This document shows, piece after piece, positions 28,062 through 39,749 of a stretch of 64,000 nt of DNA (within the stretch, counting starts at the first letter, position 1; the number at the start of each line of letters is the position of its first letter). The notes under the pieces are model-generated. The model had not been told where the DNA came from. It saw nothing but the letters and a program-made list of their open reading frames with translations, and did no database searches. This DNA comes from Amoeboaphelidium protococcarum X5 (Eukaryota > Fungi > Aphelidiomycota), in NCBI GenBank assembly GCA_023515725.1, contig JALDTO010000098.1:90615-154614 (forward strand), in the 5' to 3' direction. The position numbers were made by a program, and so were the translations under genes.

Positions 28062-31000
28062 TCAAACACTCTGCTCGCCGCCGTGATCCTCCACAGATTC
28101 AGACATTCCCATCATATCACGAAGCGCAAGAAACTTTTGAGTCGGCAGTGGCTTTGTGAGTATATCTGCAAGCATTAGATCAGTAGGGCAATAGACAACA
28201 CGTAGATGACCATCTCGCACGCAAGTTCTGATGAAGTGATGACGCACGTCTATATGCTTTGTTCTTGAATGAGTCTTGTTACCATTAATAACGGCGATAG
28301 CACCTTGATTGTCCTCATGTATAAGTGTGGCGGCGTCCTGTGTCCACCCTATTTCTTGCAGTAATCTTCGCAACCAAATAGCTTCTTATGCAGAGTTGGA
28401 TAACGCGATGTACTCGGATTCACAACTAGACAGAGCCACTATATTTTACAGCTTACTTTGCCAAGATACTGGAGAATTAGCAAGCTTAAACAGATAGCCG
28501 CCAGTAGACTTCCGACCATCGGTATCTCCTGCCCAGTTCGCGTCAGACCATCCTTAAATCACGGTCCCGTGTTCTCCACCTAACTAAATACCCAACTTAC
28601 TTGTGCCCTTCAAATACTTACAAATCCTCTTTACAGCAGTCCAATGCTTTTGACCCGGATTAGAAGAAAACTTGCAAACCTTTCCAACAGCGGCTGATAT
28701 ATCAGGACGAGTTGCACATGCAGTGTATAATAGAGCGCCGACGACTTGTTAATAAGGAATTTCTTACATCAACTCTTGTTCTTCTTTCGTCTAAGGACAG
28801 TCCTATAGTGACAAAGATACTGTAGAGTCCATGGGGGTTGGTGCTGGTTTCACGAGACTCATCTAATAATCCTCCAACAGTTCAGCAATAAATCTGTGCT
28901 AGTGCAACAATATCGTCTTCGCTTATCTGTCACGCTCGATATGAAGTCCAAGGAAATACGATGCCGGACCGAGATCAGTAATCTCAATCATGGCCGCGAT
29001 ATCTTTCTTCAGCTTCTATGCTTGATCAATCCCCTTAATACCAAGTAGCATATCATCAACATGCGCCAGTATGAGGGCATCATCTTCTTTTCTGTAGAAC
29101 AGGCAATGATCAGCCTCTGTTGGAACGAATCCAAGTTATGCTAAACATTGCATAAGGTGATTATACCATTCTGCCGCAGCCTACTTCAATCCATAGAGTG
29201 TCTTGAGGAGTTGAAGTTTAACATCGTCTCCGCAGTCGAGTAGGCCACCTTCCGGGACTTCCATATAAATTTCCTCCTTGAGTTCAGGCACGACGAAAGC
29301 CTAAACGGCATCAACTTGCTCTATCTCGTAATCAAGAGAGGCGCATTTGGATAGCATTATTCTGAGTGAGTTCGTTCTTGCTGTAGGTGCATAAGTCTCC
29401 TAATAGTCCACCCCGGAAACTTGTGAATAGCCCTTCGCGACCAATCTAGCCTTGAATTTAAAATCGCCAGACGCAGTCTTCTTCTTAGTAAATACCCATC
29501 GACACTTGATTACACGGTCTCCCTTTTGTCGCTAGACCTTCCTCCATGTCTTTCGATTCTCAAGTCCATTAATTTCTTTCATCATAGCCTTGTAATAATG
29601 ATCTCTGTCAGGTCCTGATAATGCTTCGCGCACACTTTGCGGATTTCTCTCCAACTTTGTAGTGAGTGCTTTAAATTGCTTTCGCACTCTTTTTCCACTG
29701 ACTATATTAGAAGGATCAACTCTAGACACAATCTCTTTAGGCGCAGATGGAGTAGGGTCTGGGACAACAACATCGGTAGATCCAGGTTAGGCATTGTTAG
29801 GAGAAGAAGAATTCATTGCAGGCGCAGTTGGCTGTGGAGCTTACAGAATGTCAAGATCTTAAGTCGGTTAAGATTAACTTTATGACAGTATCTGAACTGC
29901 GGCCTCTTATGATGAATGATGGTGCACCGGTGACATAAGGGGAACAGTGAACTCTTGCAGAGTCGTTTCTTGACTTGCCGATTTAGAGTTTTAGGGGGAG
30001 TCATAAGCTAAATCTACACCAAACTTCTTTTCTTTAGGAAATGTAAATGCGTTGGAGGTTATCAACTTTTGGCGCACAATATCATAGAACCGCAATATCG
30101 ATGTAGACTCAGTATAGCCCATAAAAATGCATTCTACAGCACGCCGATCCAGCTTGAACCGCTTTTCAACAGGAACATGAACAAAGGAGTGCTGGCCAAA
30201 TATTTGCAAATGACTCGTCTTCGGCAACTTACCTGACCATACTTCATAAGGGCTTTTAGACTATGGGTTGGAGCTAGATGGACTAATATTGCTTAGATAC
30301 ACTGCAGTCAGCGCAGCCTGGCCCCAAAACTACTCTGGAAGCTTTGACTCCATCAGCATAGTGCGCACTTTATTGAATATAGTCAGATTCTTCCGCTCGC
30401 TAACACCATTCTGCTCAGGAGTGTAAGGAACCGTAAGCTCATGCATGATGCCATTGTCCTACAAATATCCAGTGAATTCGTTAGATAGGTATTCCTTGGC
30501 GTTGTCCGATCGCAAAGATTGGACTACAACAGCAGTGGCACTCTGAACCAAAGAGAATTGACTCATTTTATGCTCACCAAATGTCGCTGACTATACACAT
30601 ATTCCTTCATTACGCAGCTTCTAATGCACATATTTAAAACACTTGATAGCCGCAGACCTTCTTTTCATCAGAAAAGCAAGAGTAAATCGCGACTTGTCGT
30701 CAGTGAATGTGATGAGATATTGGTTGCCATTGATGTCTGCAACTAACGGGCCACAGATATCTGTGTGCAGACGCGAACCATTTTTGTCTGCTCTACTATC
30801 CGTAGGATGCATTGAGGGGCGCTTATTCTTACCAATGATACAAGAGATGCACTCAGAGCAATCCTCAGCTTTAATGTTGCCTATCCCGTGATCGTTGCAA
30901 AATTTGACGACATCTTTGACATTAGCATGACCCAGCTTAGAGTGCATATCATCGCATAACTCCTAAGAAGACTGGGAAGTGAGAGAGAGAGCTTGACTGC

Positions 31001-31391
31001 CAGAATTGGATACAACTCTCCATAAGCCGTCTCGTTTAGACTTTACTCCTTGCCATAATAGCTCCTTAGGCAGTTTCACGTGGTCTTTGAAACATGACAC
31101 TGTCTATCCGTCAAACAGAACCTTGTATCCAGAATTGCAGAGCTTGGAAACAGAAAGCAGATTCTCCGATAATGTCGGGCAATACAAGACATTGGAGAGT
31201 TCAAAACCCTGTGAGTTGCTGTTGAAGGTTACACTACCACGCTTGACGCATGTCATTGACGCATTCGCTGTACCAACCTGAGTACGAAAGTTAGAGGAGT
31301 TAAATAAATTATTTTATGTATTAGTGAAGTGATCACTTGCTCCGCTATCAATAATCCAGGACTGATCAGCCTTATGCATCACCAGACTATG
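28062..31391 (-). CDS. pol: copia pol (protease, integrase, RT, RNase H), in frame with gag after a single TGA
   Basis: WIIDSGASDH; HSKLGH..CISC; LHTDICGP, RSDNAKEY, PEQNGVSER; FKARLVAKGYSQ, LYGLKQA, HVDD; SDANWAGD, RTKHIDVRHH. Confidence 0.93.
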
Positions 31392-32174
31392 TCATTCAGC
31401 AGCCTTAGAAGCTTTCTGCTACCCCTTGCAAAACTTACTCCCTTCCGAGTGATTGAATCTCTCCATTCCTGCTGACTTGCACTTCTGACATACCGGTCTC
31501 AAGTGTGGATGACACTTCCAACAATCAGCGCCGCGACATTCTCCTGGATGCTTTGCTAACTTCATAACCTTGGATGCATTGATACAGGCAGCGTCCTCAG
31601 TGATACAGCGCGACATCAGGATGTCGCGTTTGACAAGAGCCGCTTCAGTGCCTGCCACCGCACGCACCACTCTTAGATGTTCAGGCAGTCTGCCAAGTAG
31701 AACCATTGTCACAAGATCGCTGATTTTGATCATATCAGAGCCACCATTTGCGTGGATTAAGGAGCGCTCAATAGCTTCCGCTGCGGTAAAACCGTCCTCC
31801 ACTCGATCACCAAATTCAAACGAGAGAAGTTCTCCAAGGTACTCGAGGCGACTAGCAACAGTTTGTCTAACAAAGTGCTTACTCAGCTACACCCACAAAT
31901 CAGACGCCTTATCGCAATCTATGAATTTGCCAGCAAGGTCCATTGATATATTTGCTTCGATGGCGAAGGCGGCCTGGTCAGTGTCCATCGGGACTTGCTT
32001 CACTTCGTCCCAGGCTTTCAGCAGTTTCAGCAGCACCTTCATTCGTTTGACCCACACAAAGTAATCCGACTGTACTTTCAGCATGCACCAATTGTGAATT
32101 CTGATAGACGCGTCGGCGTCTTGTGCAGCTGTAGCAGCAGGAGTAGAAGAGGATGTTTAAGCACCAGTCGGCAT
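31392..32174 (-). CDS. gag: copia gag, 260 aa, ending in TGA
   Basis: ATG 21 nt after the 5' LTR; DYFVWVKRMKVLL, LLGRLPEH, Cys/His-rich C-terminus; TGA at 31392-31394. Confidence 0.85.
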
Positions 32175-32183
32175 GATTCAGCA

Positions 32184-32195
32184 GTGCTGATAACG
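32184..32195 (-). promoter_or_regulatory. Primer-binding site CGTTATCAGCAC, complementary to the anticodon arm of tRNA-Ile
   Basis: Abuts the 5' LTR; the complement GTGCT-GAT-AACG matches conserved eukaryotic tRNA-Ile(IAU) GUGCU-IAU-AACG. Confidence 0.8.
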
Positions 32196-32366
32196 TGTTA
32201 AGAAATGATAAGTAAAATAGATGATATAAAATTACTGTATTTCTTATCATGAAAAGATTCTCATACTTGACCTTATCTGAGTCCGTTTCACCTCTAACCT
32301 TAGTGTGGGGATATTGTGGCATGAGGCGCAGCGGCTCCATGTGGATGTTTGATCATAAATCTGACA
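32196..32366 (-). repeat. 5' LTR (171 bp)
   Basis: Identical to 27880-28050. Confidence 0.97.
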
Positions 32367-32887
32367 AAGATGATCAAGATCTTGTGATTGATTGCGATTC
32401 GACCAATTCATGCAGTAGTTCGTCTATAATTGGCATATTTTCATCAAGTACGCAAGACACTGTATCTATTAGAAGCAGCATGTAGTAGCCTAGTTCTTAA
32501 CTTACTGTGGCCATTGGGCGCGTAACGTTGACGATCAATCAATCTGTGAGACGCGTTGAAACAAGCGCATCAATTGCCGGCAATAGACTGTAGCTGATGT
32601 TTGAGTAAATTGTGTAAAAGTACCTCTTACCGGGTGTAGCTATGGAATTGAATATTTCATCCAAAGAGAGGCGTCTCATATAAGATCAGCGATTGTCACA
32701 AGGCACCCCAGAACCGTCAATGTTTAGAAAGCTACGCGATGATGTTCTGGTTAGTCTGTATTAGAGTTCATGGCGAACATTTTGGACGTTGCAAAATACA
32801 AAATTTCAAAACTGATGATAAAAAGTAGGTAGAAAGTTGATACATTACCAAACTTTAATCTTTAGACACATTCTTACTATATCAATA

Positions 32888-35384
32888 TCACTACTTACCA
32901 GCCTATTACTACTATGATAGTTTCATGTTCTCGTGCAACTTCTCAGTGACTAGCTTCATCAAATTATCAGTATTCTTTTGCTACTTCAACTACTTGTCTG
33001 CTGCACTCTAATCATCCTCCACAGCGGCAGATCCGCGATCATTCTCTAGACTAAAGACTGGAGTTTCTGCCTAATCCAATCCTCCAGTGGCCAATTCGCG
33101 CATTCCACTCTCGACTTCACTCTTTATGGCCTGCAACTTTGGGCTCGTCGTGGCACTAAACGGCTTTCTTATCTTGCGGCCTTCTACCAGAGGAGACATC
33201 AGCGTTGCATCTTCCTTCTCTATTGGAGTAGTAACGTCCGGATCTTCATCAAGAACTTCTTTCGCATCAACTACTTTATTATAATTGGCACTTACTGATA
33301 CGGGGCCATCAACATTGTCCTATTCTTCTTCCTAATCCTCAATGTCTTCATGAATCTTATCCATCACCTTGTCTTCATAACTCTCGGTATAATCCACATT
33401 GTGTTCACTAGCGTCATCATCGATAGATTAGTGCCACTCACTCTGCTCCTCTTCTTCGCCAACGAATCCCTCAGGAAACCTTCTACGCAGCGCTAATCTT
33501 CTAGCCTTCACGTACTCGAGACTCATCGTATTCCAATCCAAGATATCACTCAACCTCTCCGTACGATTGCGTTGATTAATTCTCTGACGGCGACTCTTCT
33601 AACAGAACTTGAACATTATATCGGCCAACTATTCAATAGATTCATGCGGTGAAATGAGGCGACGATCCAGAATATAGATACCATAGTCGGACGGGTTCTC
33701 AATAGTCTCCTCCATATAACAACCAAAACCAGACAGATTCGTCGTAATACTTGGAACTCCCAACACTGTACACTCTGCTCCGGTGTATCCCCAAGGCTCG
33801 TAGAAACTAGGAAATATTCCAAGGTGACAACCACGAACAAACTCATCATAATCAATGGAGAATAGAGGATTATTACTATTCAAAAACTCGGGGTGGAACA
33901 CAATTTTAACGCGATCGTCCCGGTGATTAAACATTCCCATTCCTCTAATATGGTTCAGAATAGGATCATTGTCATTATCAACCATATTATGCGTGACAAT
34001 TGGAGGCAAAGAATGGTGTTGGGCGATGGTGTAAATTCTTCTCTTGAGAAGAACCATCTCAGACTCCATGACCATATGCTAGCTATCCGGCAACTTGCCA
34101 CTTGCACAACTTTCAAAGATTCTATTACCAATATTCTCCTGAACCTGGTGCACAGTCTCCTTCAACTGCTTCATCACTGCCTATCCCTTTAATGCTTCGA
34201 CAGAATAAGAGTTGGTAGCAGCAGGCATAATGACAAAGGCAACCACTGTGATGGGAGAGTTGAGACGGCGCAACTTCTAATTCAACAGATTCAGAGCATT
34301 CAAATACATATCCACACCCTTATTCCTGTACTCATACCTACCAGCAGTGAAAAAGTACAGTGTGTTATCCAGATCAAAGTCCAAGTGACCATAAAAGTGA
34401 CCTCTCACAAAATCATGAATCTTGGACTTGTACTTGGCGTGGAGATTCTAAAACTCGTGCAGAGCACTTCCCTTCTATCCGACATTAAGACCATTTGGCG
34501 TGATACCATCAGCCTTCTTCTTCAGCAAATGCTCAGCCTCATACGCAGTGATGTGGGATACAGTGGTAAAAACATTGGCACAATTTGCAGCTCCCCTCTC
34601 CACACAGTAGCGGTGATAGATGCCACGTTTACCAGCTTCATAATCGACATCAAACAGGTGCAGAGAGTTGTAAAAGTCAACACTACCAGCACACAAGTAT
34701 CTTCCCAAAAGTGTGGCGTGCGTAGTGAAGACTGTGGCCACCTCAAGATTTCGTTACTATGCCAGAATCAGACCCACAGATGACTACCACTCGTGAAAGT
34801 GTGCAACCACAGCATGCTTCTTATTCTAGTGCGCGTACTCGCCCAAGAACCATGCAACCAGGTAGCCAAAGAGGATAGCATCGTTCATCTCCCAATCATT
34901 CTCCGGACTAGGAATCTAACAAGACTAGTACAGATCCCCTCTCCACTCCGCAGTACGGTGTCTCACGCTATTGATGTCCAGCAGAATCACGTACGGACTT
35001 CCCTCAATCAACCACTTGCCAAAGACAACGTTAACACCGTGTGAGCGAAGAGCTTTGATCGCCGTGCGCAAGTGAAACAACTGAGACGGAGCGTCTGGGG
35101 CATTCTCAACTGGTTCCACCTCGAGACTAGCAGATTTGCTATTGTACGGTCCAATAAGGAAATACCTCTTCTCAGAATACTCTTCCAGCGTCACTGGAAC
35201 CTTGGTCTTGATGACTGTGTAAATACCACCAACTACACTCACTCTCACACGTATTTATAATCAATTTACAGTCACACAAGAGAATAAACTAACCTTTATT
35301 AGCCACCTCCCACGCAATTTCAAACAAAACTGGTCTGTGAACATTTCTGGACTTGACTTACTTCTACGACACATCACCACTCAT
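32888..35384 (-). CDS. GSY: Glycogen synthase, GT3 family (intron 35233-35293)
   Basis: [10 protein letters not shown]|[45 protein letters not shown]. Confidence 0.96.
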
Positions 35385-35745
35385 CTTTCAACAACGTGAC
35401 AATAATTAGTGTATATAAGTGTTATTGTTAACAAGAGGCGCTACAAAATGGAGAACTAACACTAAGAGGTGATCAATCAGTTTAACAGAACTGAGAGCGA
35501 GATCGGGAAAGAGCGACGAGCGTGTTAACGCGACCGTGGGCCTTCGTGGGTAAAAGTCTTGCGTTGATGAATGATGATTGATTGAATAAATTGATCAACA
35601 TGTGATTCACTCATTGTACACGTTGATTGCACTAACACTCTCTTCAAAAGCTTTACTGCTTATTACGAGTTATGTGAATATCATCTCATTAACTAAATTC
35701 CAATGTATTAAAATCATCTTTTCGTCTATTTGTTAATCAGTTCAA

Positions 35746-37302
35746 TCAGTCAATCAATTTCATCTAAAACTCATCAAGTTGAGCCTACTTTTCTACGATC
35801 CCTCGCGATTTACGCCTTCTTCCCAGAATCCACTTCATAGACTCTTCGTAGGTGACCGGTATGATCTTTCTCACTTTGCCGATTCCAGCTCCGATGAGAT
35901 CTCCGTCCACCTTGTCCGTCTCTGAAGCATCACAACGGGCGAACGTGAAGAAGAACGTATTACTCACCTGTGATTTATAGTGATTATCCGGTGACAAGAC
36001 TTCGGCAATGACAGACACTTGGAATGTGCGGTGCGGTTCACCTTCGGCGTATACCACTTCACTGCTGAATTTCAGAATAGATCCAATGGGAACCGGTTTC
36101 TTAAAGGCGATCTCATCCATCGCCACGGTGAGAGGACGTGCCTTGATGTACAGAGTCGCCGTGGCATAAGCCAATTCAAACGCTTCCCTCATCAGAAATC
36201 CACCAAAAACAGAGCCGTGCATATTGCGCTCTTGAGGAAAGCAAATTCTCATATCAGTCTACCTGGTGTCTTTCATCAGGGCAACACTACTAAGATCTCC
36301 AATTAAACGTCCTTATAACTCGCCGTCACTGTTCAATTTCATATCTCTGCCCTGAATCCATAACTTGTGAACCAACTAACTCTCAGCCTGTGTTGGAGAC
36401 TCCTAGCCATCCAGAAGATCAGTCTTTCTATCCTCCAGCCGTCTCTATTTTCTCTCAAGGCCCATGCGTATAAACTTTTCCTCTTCAACACTAGATGGCA
36501 CCAAATGATTAATTTGCGCAAGCGGCTTATTACTGAATGGATCTTTGGCTACCAATGTAAATTTGCACAATAGCAGTGGTGTCCACTAGTTCTAACCATC
36601 AGGAAGCGGCTGGCCAGACTCATCAATCATCTGATTAACCATATGCGCAGGATCGCCACGAGAGGAAACTCTTACAGTAACCTCAATCGATGATCTTCCA
36701 GCATAAGTAACACATCCATAGCACTTGAGATCTAGATCGGGACGAAGAATGTTCAGCAGATCCATTCTATCCATAGAAGCAGTAACAACGTTCAGCGGTA
36801 CGATATCAGCCAATGCCATCAGTGCATTCTCATCCACACTGGGACCAATCTCCCGATCAACTATACTCAGATCCTCACCTGGTAGACAATGCTTAAGAGC
36901 TATAGTGGCAGCCAGAGCATCCAGATCCTCCAAAATTTTGCCCACACGGACAGCCTTAAAGAAATTAATGTACTCTTCACGGAGCGATAAGTCTTGTCTA
37001 AACGGCAATATAATCTCGCAATAGCTATCCTTCATCTTTCTATTAACTGGCTTGTATACAAAATTTTAATCATATTTACCAGCGATAGACTAACTCTTAC
37101 TGTGATGATAATGAGGACCCAAAATCTTATCATTAATATCAACCTGACCCTTTGCATATCGCTCTCGCCATAAAAGATTAGTAAGTCTGGTTCTATGATG
37201 GTGTGATTTCATTTTATCATCTTTCAGAGGCGGCATAGTAACACATATCTATCGCCTCTGACATCTCAGGCTTATAGTAGAGTATCGCTGAATTGATATC
37301 AT
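35746..37302 (-). CDS. Double hot-dog acyl-CoA thioesterase (ACOT9-like)
   Basis: GKILEDLDALA, VVTASMDR, GRSSIEV, FPQERNMHGSVFGGFLMREAFELA. Confidence 0.9.
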
Positions 37303-37945
37303 ATCCTAACAGATTTCTAAGCAATTTAGGAATGTTTATGCACAGAAAGGTGCTCAGTATTGGATTGATAAATTATGCGCGCGTGATAATACAGTTCACC
37401 ACAAACAGAGAAAACCACTAATAAAGATTAGGGTCGAGATATATTCAAGTTTCAAATCGTCGTAACTTACCAAGTTTAACAATTATCAGTACGCAGATTT
37501 ACACAACGAAGTATATAACTACTAAGATTTAATTGTATATCAAGGCGAAGTATGTGCTGAACTCGAGGGGAACGAGCAAGCTTCAAGCGCCTAACTTATC
37601 AAATCAGGCGGAGTCTCTACCTTAGAACGAGAGAAGATCCAAATGACGCGCTTTTTTATTTTCCTGCTACGCTCCCATAAGAAATCATTAGAGAAAAGTC
37701 ACTGAGCGATCGTAGCTACTGTTTCTCTCTCCTTTTCAATGTTTTTTATTATAAACGCCGCGTTCTTTACCGGGCGCTCTCTTTCCCCTTTTGTTAATTC
37801 ATTCTTTAGAGTTTAGTTGAGTGTGGGTGTGTGCTGCTTTTAAATCTCAACTTTACACCTTTAGTTTAGATCATCTTACCTCATCTACTTTATACTTTCT
37901 CACATATTGCAGTGTATTTATATTAAACAAGAGAATAGACTATAA

Positions 37946-38639
<694 letters not shown>

Positions 38640-38842
38640 AGTTGCCGACTTGTTATAAGCATTGTCTGAATATACTTTAATTATTACTACCTACTTAGTT
38701 GTCTTTGTACCCTTTTAATTATTATATTATTTAATATCTTTCAAGTCGAATCATTAACTGATACCTGTACAATGAGAAGTAATAGACTGTAGTCATACAG
38801 GAGATCCTATCAAGATATGTAATATTATGAACATAAATCTAT

Positions 38843-39505
38843 TCAGAGAGAGGACTTGGAAGATTTGACGCGGAGGAAATCGTCCTTAACGCGCAGTATT
38901 TCATTAAGCCATGAACGTACCATACCATTTAGTCGAAGGTTCTTCTTTTTATTATTATTATCGATATCATCATATGACGAAGGAGACGTGGAGTTGAAAT
39001 CCGTGTCATGACGGCTCAAACCGCCTGGTGACGTGTATGGCAAAGTCTAATCTCCAGCACTGAGTGAGATGAAGAATACAAAGGGAACTAGCCAGACTAG
39101 AAAGGCAAATACGGAGCATATTTCACTGAATTCAAAGTATTTAGACTATAGTAGACCAAAATAATGGAACCACCAGAAATGATTCGCAATGACCATGACC
39201 ATACTAATGACAAAAGACACGTCAGTCATATTAATGTACGGGAACTTGGGAAGTAAGAGCAGGGCATATACAAGTTGACACAGTAGACTAAAGGATAGTT
39301 GGATCAATGGTAGACTGCCAGAAATCATTAACAATATATGAAGCAGTATTATAGACACCTCAATCCTCTGTAGTATCTTCCTAGTCTGAACAGTATACTC
39401 CTCAATCAACTCTGTCAAATAATACAATCCACAGGCCAGACAGAGTAAGAAGAATGCTCCACCGCCTATAATGGTGAGCCATGACATTATCCATAACATC
39501 ACCAT
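38843..39505 (-). CDS. SVP26: Svp26/TEX261 ER-Golgi cargo adaptor
   Basis: LCLACGLYYLTELIEEYTV, FPYI, ANHFWWF; two ORF-track pieces share a frame. Confidence 0.88.
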
Positions 39506-39749
39506 ACTTAGTTGTTATCTTTAGGCTAATTTACAAAATTAAAACTATGTGGGGTGTAATAATACAGTAAATAAAGAAGGGTTGATACAGAAAATAAAAC
39601 GCGTCAATTGCAAGTTTAGATCTATCGTCACTTGACCAATTTTATAGTTAAATCATTTTTGTTACTTTTATTAAATAGAGTCATTATTTATTTTATGATA
39701 CAGTAGGTAAACACTCGCAATATAAGGTATAATTTTACTTCAAGAATAT

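Larger units (their letters stand above)
27880..32366 (-). mobile_element. Full-length Ty1/copia LTR retrotransposon, 4487 bp
   Basis: Identical 171-bp TG..CA LTRs, 5-bp TSD AAGAT (27875-27879 and 32367-32371), domain order gag-PR-IN-RT-RH. Confidence 0.98.
27550..32815 (+). pseudogene. RGS-domain gene interrupted by the copia element; 5' start uncertain
   Basis: Left flank WEKYVNH..QDESLKFLFDICKYEQEY and right flank IVQKYLLPGVAMELNIS..MFRKLRDDVLVSLYQSSWRTF join in frame after removing the element and one AAGAT copy. Confidence 0.72.

Noticed and set aside
31392-31394. Selenocysteine reading of the copia internal UGA
   Set aside because: The position is not a redox or Cys site, and the 3' spacer is only 11 nt. 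I saw no SECIS but could not run a search.
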